A DNA stretch of 64,000 nucleotides, taken from positions 640,001 through 704,000 of the forward strand of contig CBDCXM010000009.1 in NCBI GenBank assembly GCA_965223855.1, read 5' to 3'. Origin of the DNA: Candidatus Multivoradales bacterium (GTDB lineage Bacteria; Acidobacteriota; Thermoanaerobaculia; Multivoradales; JAHEKO01). The translations under genes were made by a program, and so were the position numbers. Within the stretch, counting starts at the first letter, position 1. Each line of letters opens with the position of its first letter. This document shows positions 45,860 to 56,598 of this stretch, piece after piece. The notes under the pieces are model-generated. The model searched no databases, was not told the origin of the DNA, and was given only the letters and a program-made list of their open reading frames with translations.

Positions 45860-46168
45860 GTGAGCGAGACCCGCAAGTTGCGCGTGCGCTGCCCCGACTG
45901 CCAGAGCCGGCTGGTCGTGGACGCCGCCACCGGAGAGGTTCTGGCCCACGAGACGCCCGACCGACCGGCCGCCGCCGGGCAGGACTTCGAAGAGCTGCTC
46001 GCCGACCTCGACCGCGGCAAGGCCGAGGCGGAAGCGGTGTTCGCGCGCGAAGTGGCCGCTCACGAGGATCAGGATCGCCTGCTCGAGGAGAAGTTCCGCG
46101 AGGCGATGAAGCGAGCTGCCGACGAGCCGGAGGACGAGCGGCCGCCGAGTCCCTTCGACTACGACTGA
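45860..46168 (+). CDS. Small CxxC-containing hypothetical protein
   Basis: VRCPDCQSRLVVDAATGEVL, a coiled-coil-like region, and PSPFDYD tail. Confidence 0.7.
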   Translation: MSETRKLRVRCPDCQSRLVVDAATGEVLAHETPDRPAAAGQDFEELLADLDRGKAEAEAVFAREVAAHEDQDRLLEEKFREAMKRAADEPEDERPPSPFDYD

Positions 46169-46193
46169 GGGTCGCACTCCCGGGCAGAGGGGT

Positions 46194-48407
46194 TCAGCGC
46201 AGATAGATCGGCGAGTCGCCGACGGTGACGGGTGTACCCTCCTCGAGACCGGAGAGAGCCTCGATGGCAGCACCGTCGCGAGCGTTGGCCGTCCCGATCC
46301 CGATCGGCACCTCGGCCTGACGGTGCCCTCCGGTCGACCAGCCAACCCAGCGCTCCTCGCCGCCTACGTCGAAGCCGTACCACCAGACCCCCTCGGCGGT
46401 CACCCGCCGGTGCCTGAGCCGGCCGCCGCCGAGACGTTCGCACAGCGTCGAGAGTGCCTCGAACGCCGGCCGGCGCCGCAGCGATCCGTCCGCCTCCTGC
46501 ACCACAAGCCCGTAGCCACGGGCGATCAACTGCCACCAGTAGGCGCGCTCGACCATCCCCGAAGCGAGGGCCTGCACGTAGAAGCGCACCAGATAGTCGG
46601 CCTGGCGCTCCTCGTCGACCGAGACCTTGCGACCGGCCGGAGAGTGCGGCCCCTCCCACAACGGCCAGTTGAACTCGGTGATCCAGTTCTCGCCGGCGGC
46701 GTTGCGCGCGGTGTCGGCGATCGCCCGCAGCAGCGTCACCTTGCCGATCGTGTCGAGGCCGAGCTGGCGGTTCTCCGGCGCCCCTCTGCGATCGACGTAG
46801 AGCAGGCTCGCGACACCGTCGAGGGCCAGCCCTTCGCGCCACCTGGCGTTGAGCAGCGAGGCGGTGGCGTAGAACTCGAAGTCGATCACCGCCGGGCCGA
46901 AGAGCTGAGCGTCGTAGGGCTCGAAGGCGTCCCGCGCCGCCATCAGCAGACGTTCGTACTCGTCGTAGCGCCACACCCCCCACTTGCTGCGGTTGACCGC
47001 CTGGCCGACCTGGAAGGTCGAACCGTAGGGGGTGAAGCGCGCCGCCAGCTCGTCGAGTGACGCACGCCAGCGTCCGAGGTCCTTCACCAGCTCACGATTC
47101 TGCGGCAGGCTGTAGACGAGGTCGTAGCCACGGCCGGCGAGCTCACGCGCGAGGGCCTCCTCGTCGTCGTGCTCGTTCTGCCAGGGATGGAGTCGCAGCA
47201 GGAGCTTGCGCACCCCCAGCGCCTCGAGCTCGCGCAGCAGACCGTCGGGATCGGCCGGCCACGGGCGCAAGGCCAGACCGATGCCGTCGAGACCGATTCC
47301 GTCGAGACCGACCTCTGACGTCTCTCGAGCCCCCGGGTCGGCGGCGGATGCCAACACGACAGGGCCGCCGCCGTTGCGAAGCCGCCGGTAGCGCCCGGCG
47401 ATGCGTGGCAGTGCGGCGGCACAGACGGCGAGCTCGCGAAGGTGAGCGCCGGAGTCGGCAAGCCGCACCCCGAGACGCTGCCACCTGCCGGCGTGCTGGT
47501 GAGGCTGATCGGAGAGGTGGTCCCACACCGAGCGGTCGCGGGCGCCGGCTTGCTCGGGCGCCGCCGGGATGTGAGCGTGCGGGCGCCGCGGTGCGAAGCC
47601 CGAGAAGGGCGAGCGCAGCCAGCGTTTGGTTTCATTGCGCCACAGAAAGGCGTTCGAGTAGAGCGAGTAGAGGAAGCGCTTCCAACCGCTCTCGCCATCG
47701 TCCCAGTAGGCCTCGAGAAAGCATCGCTGATGCGCCGGATCGAAGATTCGCAACCGGCACAGGTCTCGCACCCGCTCGACCGTGGTCGGCACGGGGCCGA
47801 CGCGCGCTCGGTTCAGATCGACGATCGCCACCTCGGGAAGTCTCCCTTCGCGCGGACAGACGAGCAGGTTGCCGACCGAGACGTCGCGGTGCCAGATGCC
47901 GGCGTCGTGCATCCCGCGGAGGAAGAGCGCCAGCGCGGTCAGCAGATCTTCGACCGAGAGCTGCGGGAACTCCTCCTGAGCCAATCCCCTCTCGAGGGCG
48001 CGGAAGAAGTAGCGCGACTCGAAGCAGTCGGCGATGCGGCGCGAAACGAAGAGCGACGGGCCCTCGGGGTCTCGCGACTCGATGAGGAGTAGAGGTTCGG
48101 CCGTGGCGACACCATGTTCGACGCAGTAGCGCGCCACCCGCCAGCTCTTCTCCGCCTTGCTCCCCTCGAAGCGGCGGCGCAAGCGCGCCTTCCAACCCTG
48201 ATTGCGAAACTGCTTGACGACGACGTCGACGGCCCCCGACTCAGTCGGAAGCTGCTGGCGATAGAGATAGTTTCTCCCCCAATGGATCGTCTCGGTCGCC
48301 CGCCCCGGATCGACGAGCTCCACGACCGCGGCCTCGAGGTCGAGCGGTCTCGCGCTCGCGAGCACCTCTCCCCTCCAGGCGTCGAGCTCGAACGACTCCG
48401 TCCTCAA
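46194..48407 (-). CDS. Kdo/WaaP-type (InaA) kinase fused to glycoside-hydrolase-like TIM barrel
   Basis: VVVKQF, GIWHRDVSVGNLL and IVDLNR kinase motifs; C-terminal LLYVDRRGAPE, WITEFNW and VERAYWWQL. Confidence 0.75.
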   Translation of the reverse strand: MRTESFELDAWRGEVLASARPLDLEAAVVELVDPGRATETIHWGRNYLYRQQLPTESGAVDVVVKQFRNQGWKARLRRRFEGSKAEKSWRVARYCVEHGVATAEPLLLIESRDPEGPSLFVSRRIADCFESRYFFRALERGLAQEEFPQLSVEDLLTALALFLRGMHDAGIWHRDVSVGNLLVCPREGRLPEVAIVDLNRARVGPVPTTVERVRDLCRLRIFDPAHQRCFLEAYWDDGESGWKRFLYSLYSNAFLWRNETKRWLRSPFSGFAPRRPHAHIPAAPEQAGARDRSVWDHLSDQPHQHAGRWQRLGVRLADSGAHLRELAVCAAALPRIAGRYRRLRNGGGPVVLASAADPGARETSEVGLDGIGLDGIGLALRPWPADPDGLLRELEALGVRKLLLRLHPWQNEHDDEEALARELAGRGYDLVYSLPQNRELVKDLGRWRASLDELAARFTPYGSTFQVGQAVNRSKWGVWRYDEYERLLMAARDAFEPYDAQLFGPAVIDFEFYATASLLNARWREGLALDGVASLLYVDRRGAPENRQLGLDTIGKVTLLRAIADTARNAAGENWITEFNWPLWEGPHSPAGRKVSVDEERQADYLVRFYVQALASGMVERAYWWQLIARGYGLVVQEADGSLRRRPAFEALSTLCERLGGGRLRHRRVTAEGVWWYGFDVGGEERWVGWSTGGHRQAEVPIGIGTANARDGAAIEALSGLEEGTPVTVGDSPIYLR

Positions 48408-49816
48408 GAGCTCACCTCGGTCAGCTCGAAAGTCCCGGCCTCGAGATCGGCGGCGGTCTCGACTTCGAGGCGCCCTTCGAGATCCTCCTGCAACCTGCGC
48501 GCAGCCGGATCGGCAAGCTCGCTCTCGCCGGGGAGAGCCGCCGGGAGTCGCAGGCGCCAGCGCCGGCCGCCGGCCCGCCGCTCGGCCGAACGCAGTTCCC
48601 GGCCGGCCGAACGCACCGTTTCGAGCAGCGACGGCAGACGGCCGGATCCCTGACAGGCCCCGCAGCGCGTCGTCGTGCGGCGCCAGAGGTCTTCGCGGCC
48701 CCGCTTGCGGGTGACACCGACCAGGCCGAACGCCCCCAACGCCTCGACCTGAGTCGCCGCCTTGTCGGCTTCGAGCGCGCTCCTCAGCGCATCGAGCACC
48801 CGCTCCCAGTGATCGGGCTCCTCGAGATCGATGAAGTCGATGACCACGATCCCGGCGAGATCGCGCAGCCTGAGCTGGCGCGCGACCTCGGCGGCGGCCT
48901 CCAGATTGGTGGCGAGCGCGGTCTCCTCGAGCCGCATCGCGCCCAGGTCGCGTCCCGAGTTGACGTCGACCGCCAGCAGTGCCTCCGTCGGCTCGATCAC
49001 CAGCGAACCCCCCGACGGGAGGGGCACGCGGCGCGACGCGAGTCCTGCGATCTGCGCCTCCGCGCCGTAGGCCGCCAGCAGCGACTCGGGGTCCGTGTGG
49101 ACGTTCAGCCGCTCCACAAGCTCGGGCGACGCGACCTCGAGCACCGCACGCACCCTTCGCTCCATCGCCTCGTCGTCGACGACGATCTCATCGATCCCGG
49201 AGTGCAACCGGTCGCGCAACCACCGTTCGATCGGATCGAGGTCCCGATGCAGTCGGCGGACCGGTCGACCTTCGGCCGCCCGTCGGCAGAGGATCCGGTA
49301 GAGGGCGAGCAGCTCCTCCCCCTCTGAACGCAACGTGTCGACGCTCACGCCAACCGCTGCCGTTCGGACGATCCAGCCGACACCGTCGCCGATCCCTTCC
49401 AACGCACCCGCGAGCCGGAGCGCCTCGTCTTCGTCCTCGATCCGGCTCGAGACGGCAACCCCGTCTCCAGGGGCGAGCAACACGGCGAAACGCCCGGGAA
49501 GGGACATGCCGCGCCGTACCCGCGCCCCCTTGCCGGGAAGCGGATCACGGTAGACCTGAACGACGATCGGAGCGTTCACCTCGAGCCGTTCGCCCTCCTC
49601 CAGGTGGAAGTCCGACTCGTGGAGAAAGGCGTGCCGCTCCCCGCCGATGTCGACGAACGCGGCGTCGATCGCCGGCGCCAGCCGGCGGATCCTCCCGTGG
49701 TAGACGTCGCCGACCAGCGAGTCGCCCTCTATCTCGGAGAGAAACTCGGTCAGGCGCCCGTCCGCGAGCAGCGCCATCCTCACCCCGACGGGGTCGCTCT
49801 CGATCAGCAGCCTCAC
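48404..49816 (-). CDS. rng: Rne/Rng family ribonuclease (RNase G-like)
   Basis: AAFVDIG, KGAR, EALLAVDVNSG, NLEAAAEVARQLRLRDLAGIVVIDFID and CGAC motifs. Confidence 0.9.
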   Translation of the reverse strand: MRLLIESDPVGVRMALLADGRLTEFLSEIEGDSLVGDVYHGRIRRLAPAIDAAFVDIGGERHAFLHESDFHLEEGERLEVNAPIVVQVYRDPLPGKGARVRRGMSLPGRFAVLLAPGDGVAVSSRIEDEDEALRLAGALEGIGDGVGWIVRTAAVGVSVDTLRSEGEELLALYRILCRRAAEGRPVRRLHRDLDPIERWLRDRLHSGIDEIVVDDEAMERRVRAVLEVASPELVERLNVHTDPESLLAAYGAEAQIAGLASRRVPLPSGGSLVIEPTEALLAVDVNSGRDLGAMRLEETALATNLEAAAEVARQLRLRDLAGIVVIDFIDLEEPDHWERVLDALRSALEADKAATQVEALGAFGLVGVTRKRGREDLWRRTTTRCGACQGSGRLPSLLETVRSAGRELRSAERRAGGRRWRLRLPAALPGESELADPAARRLQEDLEGRLEVETAADLEAGTFELTEVSS

Positions 49817-50943
49817 CGGTTCACGTAGCGCCGCAGATCGACGTTGAGAATCAGCCCGGCACTCATGAAGGACGCCAGGGTGAACGACCCGCCGTAGGAA
49901 AGAAACGGCAGCGGGATGCCGGTGATCGGCAGCAGCCCGACGACCATGGCGGTGTTGTAGATGACGTGAAAGCCGAAGCCTGAGAGCAGGCCGATCACCA
50001 GGAAGATGCCGGCCCGGTCCCTCGCCCGCATCGCCACCTGGGCGCCGTTGTAGAGGTAGAGGGTATAGAGCATCAGCACGACGACGACACCGAAGAACCC
50101 CCACTCCTCCGCCAGCACGGCGAAGATGAAGTCGGTGTGCCGCGCCGGCAGAAACCGCAGCTGGCTCTGCGTCCCCTGCAGGTAGCCGCGGCCGGCGAGC
50201 TGCCCGGAGCCGACCGCGATCTTGCTCTGCTGGAGCTGGTAACCGGCACCCAGCGGTTCGCGCTCGGGGTCGAGGAAGGTCCGCACCCTCTCCTTCTGGT
50301 AGTCGAGCAGGGCGAAGTTCCACACCAGCGCCAGGACGAGCACGCCGAGGACGAGCGCCGCGACGACCCACTGCCAGCGCACTCCGGCGACGAACAGCAT
50401 GCCGGCGAAGATCGGCAGGAACATGACCGCGCTTCCGAGGTCACGTTCGAGGATGATGAGCGACATCGGCGCCAGCACGATGCCCGACGCCAGGAGGATC
50501 TGCGACAGCCGCAGGTAGCGGCGGTTGGTGCCCGACAGGTAGCGCGCCAGCAGCAACGCCGTCGAGAGCTTGGCGAACTCCGAAGGCTGGAGCCCGAAAC
50601 CGCCGATGCCGAACCAGCTCCGTGCCCCCCCGCGCACCGCGCCGACGAACAGCACCGCTACCAGAGCCGCCATGCCGAGCGCGTAGATCACGACCGAGAA
50701 CTTGGTGAGCGTCTGATAGTCGAACGAGAGCATCGCCACGAACGCCACGAGCCCGATGAGGATCCACACCCCCTGCCGCGGCACGTAGTCGATGCCGAGC
50801 TCGGAGCTCGCGCTGTGGACCGTCGCCAGCCCGACTGCCGCCAGCAGCAGCGCCGCCAGCAGCAATGCCCAGCGAACGTCGGCGAGGCTGCGCAGCAGCG
50901 GCCGGTCGTCAGCCAGCGTCAGGGTCGTCGAAGTAGGTTTCAT
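49813..50943 (-). CDS. rodA: Rod shape-determining SEDS protein RodA
   Basis: QPSEFAK, YQKER, GYQLQQSKIAVGSG, HTDFIFAVLAEEWG and LPFLSYGGS motifs. Confidence 0.95.
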   Translation of the reverse strand: MKPTSTTLTLADDRPLLRSLADVRWALLLAALLLAAVGLATVHSASSELGIDYVPRQGVWILIGLVAFVAMLSFDYQTLTKFSVVIYALGMAALVAVLFVGAVRGGARSWFGIGGFGLQPSEFAKLSTALLLARYLSGTNRRYLRLSQILLASGIVLAPMSLIILERDLGSAVMFLPIFAGMLFVAGVRWQWVVAALVLGVLVLALVWNFALLDYQKERVRTFLDPEREPLGAGYQLQQSKIAVGSGQLAGRGYLQGTQSQLRFLPARHTDFIFAVLAEEWGFFGVVVVLMLYTLYLYNGAQVAMRARDRAGIFLVIGLLSGFGFHVIYNTAMVVGLLPITGIPLPFLSYGGSFTLASFMSAGLILNVDLRRYVNR

Positions 50944-52687
50944 AGATGGTCCTGGCGATCGGAGCCGCCGCCTCCGAGCCGTGGCCGCCGTGCTCGACGA
51001 ACGCCACCACCACCAGCTCCGCATGTTCGGTCGGCGCGAACGCGGCGAACCAGGCGTGGTCGCGCTGCTCGAACGGCAGATCCTCGCTGCGGGTCCAGGT
51101 GCGCTGCTCCACCACCTGGGCGGTACCGGTCTTGCCGGCCACGGCGACGTGCGGCAGCCGCGCCACGCCGCCGGTGCCTCGCTCCTCGTTGACCACCGCC
51201 CACATGGCGTCCTTCACCGTGTCGAGAATCGCCGGATCGATCTCGATCGTCTCGACCCGCGGAGCGGTACCGGCGATCACGTGCGGTGTCACCAGCCTGC
51301 CGCCGTTGGCGATCGCGGCGATCATCCGGGCCGTCTGCAGCGGCGTGACCAGGATCGGCCCCTGGCCGATCGCGACCGAGACCGTCTCTCCCGGATACCA
51401 CGGTGATCCGCGCTTCGCGAGACTCCACTCGGCATCCGGGATGAGACCGGATTTCTCGCCGGGGATGTCGAAGCCGGTCCTCGAGCCGAGCCCGAACAGA
51501 CGGGAGTAGTGGGCGATCCTGCTGATGCCGAGCTTCATCCCGAGCTGGTAGAAGTAGATGTCGCACGAGCGCTGGATCGCGGTGCGCAGGTTGACCCAGC
51601 CGTGGCCGCTGCGAAGCCAGCAGCGAGTGCGCCTGTTGTAGATCTTCGTATGGCCGGCGCAGTAGACCGAGTCGCGCTCGCTGACCACCCGCTCGGCGAG
51701 ACCGGCGGCCGCCACCAGCACCTTGAACACCGATCCGGGCGCGTGCGCGTTCTGCACCGCGCGGTTCTGAAGCGGCTGGTGCGGTGCCTCTATCACCGCC
51801 TGCCACTGCTCGTTGTCGAGCCGCCGCGTGAAGAGGTTCGGGTTGTACGAGGGCGCCGAGACGAGCACCAGCACCTCTCCCGTTCTGGCGTCGAGAGCCA
51901 CCACCGAGCCGACCCGGTCGCCGAGCTGACGCGCCGCCTGCTGCTGCAGCTCGAGATCGAGCGTCAGATCGAGACGTCGACCGGCAACCGCCGCGCGTCG
52001 CCCGTGTTCGTCGCGGGTGCGTCCGAACGAGTCGACCACCAGCTCCCGCTCGCCGTCCTCGCCTCGAAGGCGACCGTCGAACGCGCGCTCGACCCCCTTG
52101 CGACCGACGAGATCGCCGGCGCGGTAGGCGCCGTCGGCCCGGGTCAGATCGGCCTCGGTCGCCTCGCCCAGATAGCCGAGCGCATGAGCGGTGATCTCTC
52201 CCTGGCGGTAGAGGCGCAGATGCTCGATCTGGATCTCGAACTCCGGGTGCTCGAGCTCCGCGACGCCGAAGCGGGCCACCTCGGCCAGCGACAGGTTCTC
52301 TGCCAGCAGCACCGGTTTGAAGCGCGAGCTCCCCTCGCTGCGCGCGACCGCCTCGTCGAGCTCGGAGCGTTCGAGCTCGAGCGTTCGCGCCGCGAAGTCG
52401 AGCGCGAGGTCGAGATCGGCGGTGACGCTGCGATCGAGCAGCAGGTTGTAGCTCGGTACGTTGTCGACCAGCAGCCGACCATGACGGTCGTAGATCAGTC
52501 CACGCGGAGCCTGGATCGGTGATCGGCGCAGCCTGTTGTTCTCGGCCAGCTCGCGGTAGTAGTCCCCCTGCACCACCTGAACCCGCCAGTACGCCGTCGC
52601 GATCACCACCAGCAGCACCATGCAGGCGATCTGCAGCATCGGCACCCTCGAGACGAGGTCGTCGCGTTGCTCCCGAACTCTCTTCAT
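50909..52687 (-). CDS. mrdA: Penicillin-binding protein 2
   Basis: APRGLIYDR, PGSVFK, SCD and GKTGTAQ motifs. Confidence 0.95.
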   Translation of the reverse strand: MKRVREQRDDLVSRVPMLQIACMVLLVVIATAYWRVQVVQGDYYRELAENNRLRRSPIQAPRGLIYDRHGRLLVDNVPSYNLLLDRSVTADLDLALDFAARTLELERSELDEAVARSEGSSRFKPVLLAENLSLAEVARFGVAELEHPEFEIQIEHLRLYRQGEITAHALGYLGEATEADLTRADGAYRAGDLVGRKGVERAFDGRLRGEDGERELVVDSFGRTRDEHGRRAAVAGRRLDLTLDLELQQQAARQLGDRVGSVVALDARTGEVLVLVSAPSYNPNLFTRRLDNEQWQAVIEAPHQPLQNRAVQNAHAPGSVFKVLVAAAGLAERVVSERDSVYCAGHTKIYNRRTRCWLRSGHGWVNLRTAIQRSCDIYFYQLGMKLGISRIAHYSRLFGLGSRTGFDIPGEKSGLIPDAEWSLAKRGSPWYPGETVSVAIGQGPILVTPLQTARMIAAIANGGRLVTPHVIAGTAPRVETIEIDPAILDTVKDAMWAVVNEERGTGGVARLPHVAVAGKTGTAQVVEQRTWTRSEDLPFEQRDHAWFAAFAPTEHAELVVVAFVEHGGHGSEAAAPIARTIYETYFDDPDAG

Positions 52688-52691
52688 CGTC

Positions 52692-53210
52692 TCAGTCCAA
52701 CCTGATCCTCGTGCGACGGGTGCGCTTCCACAGATCGACCCGGCTGCTGAGCCGCTGCCGGACGGCGAAGAGCGCCGCTCCCAGCAAGCCCGTGACGGCG
52801 ATCCGCGTCGCCACCCAGGGCATGGCGGGCACCTCCGGGCCGACGGAAAGCAGCCCCGAAAGGCCGAGCACCAGCAGCTGCTGGGCTGTCGCCACGAGAG
52901 CGAACAGCCACGCCGCACCGGACGGCCTCTGAATGACGACGCGCTGCACCGCGAAGGCGGTGCCGTAGCCGAGAATCGTATCAACGGCCCCGAAGAGGCC
53001 GAACGGCGAGCCGTACACTGCATCGGTCATCCAGCCCGCCGCGAGGCCTCCCGCCAGACCCGCAAGGGTGTTGCCGTCGAGGGAGTTGAAGATGGCGACG
53101 AGCAGGAAGAGATCGACGGCCACCGACCACGAGTCGAACCAGCGCACCGCGACCGTGTGCAGGACGAGCGCGGCCAGCAGGGCTGCGACGAACTTCGCCA
53201 GCCGCCTCAC
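52692..53210 (-). CDS. mreD: Rod shape-determining protein MreD
   Basis: Hydrophobic ~170-aa ORF (GWMTDAVYGSPFG) between mreC and mrdA. Confidence 0.88.
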   Translation of the reverse strand: MRRLAKFVAALLAALVLHTVAVRWFDSWSVAVDLFLLVAIFNSLDGNTLAGLAGGLAAGWMTDAVYGSPFGLFGAVDTILGYGTAFAVQRVVIQRPSGAAWLFALVATAQQLLVLGLSGLLSVGPEVPAMPWVATRIAVTGLLGAALFAVRQRLSSRVDLWKRTRRTRIRLD

Positions 53211-54055
53211 GGTGTCGGTGTCTCCGACGGCGCACCAAGGTCGCGCAGGCTCTCGTCGAGCACCTGCACATCGAGCAGGTAGGCATGATCGATCGCCCCG
53301 AAATCGGCGGCCGGAGTCACCGTCACCTCGAAGAACAACTCGCTGCCCGGCTCGACGGCGGTGACGGTGCCGATCGTCAGCCCGCGGGGGTAGACGCCGT
53401 CGATCCCCGCCGTGACGAGCCGGTCGCCGACCGCCAGATCCGCCTGCAACGGAATGAAATCGAGCACCAGACCGCCGCCCTCTCCGCGCACGACCCCCTG
53501 CCGGCGGGTGCGCTCGACCATCGCACCGACCGCCGCCGACCGGTCGGTGATGAGCTGCACCCGGGCATAGCTGCCGCTCGTCGAGACGACGCGCCCGACA
53601 AGCCCGTCGGCGGTCACCACCGGCTGGTTCGGCACCGCCGTCGTCTCCGGGACCTTGAGCCACAGCCCCTTCATCCACGAGCCACGATCGAGGTAGATCA
53701 CGTCGGCCAGCCGCACCTCGACCGCGCCCGAACGCTCGTACTCGACGGCGCCGCGCAATCGCTCGAGGTCGGCCGCCAGACCCTGCTGCCGCACCGCTTC
53801 CCGGCGCAGCGCTTCGGTGAGCTCACGCAAACGCTCGTTCTCCGCCAGCAGGCGCTGGCGCGTGGTCAACGCGACGGCGCGACCGGCGACCCAGTCGGCA
53901 ACGCCGTCGACCACCGCCGCGAACGGCGCCACCGCACCGAGCACGCCACCGGTCAGGACGCTGCGCTCTCCGCTGCCCGGCACCTGCGCCGACAGCAGCA
54001 GGAGCTGGATGACGACGACCAGCACCAGCACCCAGAGGGTGCGTCGCTCGGTCAA
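53207..54055 (-). CDS. mreC: Rod shape-determining protein MreC
   Basis: TM helix, coiled coil, GLVGRV, VQLITD and VTAGIDGVYPRGL. Confidence 0.93.
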   Translation of the reverse strand: MTERRTLWVLVLVVVIQLLLLSAQVPGSGERSVLTGGVLGAVAPFAAVVDGVADWVAGRAVALTTRQRLLAENERLRELTEALRREAVRQQGLAADLERLRGAVEYERSGAVEVRLADVIYLDRGSWMKGLWLKVPETTAVPNQPVVTADGLVGRVVSTSGSYARVQLITDRSAAVGAMVERTRRQGVVRGEGGGLVLDFIPLQADLAVGDRLVTAGIDGVYPRGLTIGTVTAVEPGSELFFEVTVTPAADFGAIDHAYLLDVQVLDESLRDLGAPSETPTP

Positions 54056-54149
54056 GCTCCCACCTCACCGAGACACGCGGGCAGCGGCCGCGCGCCGCCG
54101 GGCGGAGGGAGGTTCGCCACCATGCGCTCCCGCCAGCCTCGCCGCCTGA

Positions 54150-55178
<1,029 letters not shown>

Positions 55179-56390
55179 CTAGAGGGCCTCGGCGGTTGAT
55201 TCTTCGTCAGCGGGTTCGGGCGGCGCCGGCGCCACGACCTGGAAGCGGCGCGGAGTGCTCCACGGCCCGAGCACTCCCTCGGAACCGATCGCCGCGACCC
55301 GCCACACGAAGGTGCCGTCGCCACCCAGTCCGAGCGTCGCCCGCGTCGTGGAGCGGTCGTCGACGTCGATGATGTTGCGCGCGAAGAGCCGGTTGCGCGC
55401 CACCTGCAGAGCATAGCGCTCCGCACCGGGGACCGGCTGCCAGCTCAGCACCACCTGCGCCTCGTCGGTCAGCTCGACCTCCAGGTTGTCTCCCGGATCG
55501 ACCGGCAAAGGCGCCGCGGGCAGCCTGCGCTTCGCTGACAGCGCGTCGCCGGTCTGCACCACCTGCTCCATATGGCGCAGATTGCGGCGCTGTCCGCCGT
55601 TGGAGGCGATATCCATCGTGCCGCTGTAGGTGGCGAAGCGACCGACCCTGCGGGTGCCGTCGTAGGCGACGAGAGCGCTCGAGTCCTCGTTGACCTCGGC
55701 CTTGGCCGCCGGGGTGGCGATCGTGCTCGCCGCCTTCGCCGTGCTGAGGTTGACCCAGCCGTAGTCGATGGAGATCGAGCGCTGTGTGCGGGTGCCGCCG
55801 AGCCCCGTGGTGCGGCCGATGAGGATCACCGTGTCCTCACGCACCGTGTAGACCGTGCCGTCGATCCCCATGATCTCGGCCGTGCCGCTCGATGCCGTCT
55901 TGACGTAGTCGCCGGCGTAGAGCACTCCGCGACTGAAGGCGCGCTGCCATTCACCACGCTCGCCGCGACGGAAGTCCACACCTCCTTCGACGGCGATGAA
56001 CTGCGCCTGGCCACTGCTCTCGGCACGCTCGATCCCGCGCATCACGGCGCCGAGGATCGAACGGCTGCGCTCGGCGCTCTGGAGCGCCGGCTCCCAGCGC
56101 GCCTCTCCGGCGAACTCCTCGGCCGCGCGCAGGCTCGAGCGCGCGCGGGTGTACTCGTCGCCGTACTCGGCGAGTGCGCGGTGCTCGCGCACGCTCGCCA
56201 GCAGGCCGCGCGCTTCGTGAAGCACCCGCTGGTACTTGCCACGCTGGTAGCGGCTCTCGATCTCGTCCCACCCCTTCCAGGTGAGGAACAGTCCGACGAC
56301 GATCGCGACGAGGATCAGCGCCCCGCGGACGGTGTCGACGTCGATCTGGTACCAGTCTCTCTGCCAGCGATCCCGAGAGCGAGGAGCCAC
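55179..56390 (-). CDS. Membrane-anchored FecR-like domain plus FN3-like domain protein
   Basis: One TM helix, helical segment, VEGGVDFRR..W..GDYVKTASSGTAEI, then LSWQPVPGAERYALQV...WRVAA. Confidence 0.7.
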   Translation of the reverse strand: MAPRSRDRWQRDWYQIDVDTVRGALILVAIVVGLFLTWKGWDEIESRYQRGKYQRVLHEARGLLASVREHRALAEYGDEYTRARSSLRAAEEFAGEARWEPALQSAERSRSILGAVMRGIERAESSGQAQFIAVEGGVDFRRGERGEWQRAFSRGVLYAGDYVKTASSGTAEIMGIDGTVYTVREDTVILIGRTTGLGGTRTQRSISIDYGWVNLSTAKAASTIATPAAKAEVNEDSSALVAYDGTRRVGRFATYSGTMDIASNGGQRRNLRHMEQVVQTGDALSAKRRLPAAPLPVDPGDNLEVELTDEAQVVLSWQPVPGAERYALQVARNRLFARNIIDVDDRSTTRATLGLGGDGTFVWRVAAIGSEGVLGPWSTPRRFQVVAPAPPEPADEESTAEAL

Positions 56391-56598
56391 TCTCCACCCC
56401 TTCTAGTCAAGGTGCGGCAATATAGCACAACGCCTTGATTCATCGATGTTTGCGGCGATTCGCCCGGCTCGGGCGAACCTTGCCGCCCCCAGCGGCCCCC
56501 TGCTAGAGTTCACCCCCTTTCGGGGCCGCCCGAGTGGTGGGACCGCGCCCCGCCAGATGCCCCGGTCAACAGCCGGTCCCTCGACGGAGTTTCCCGCC

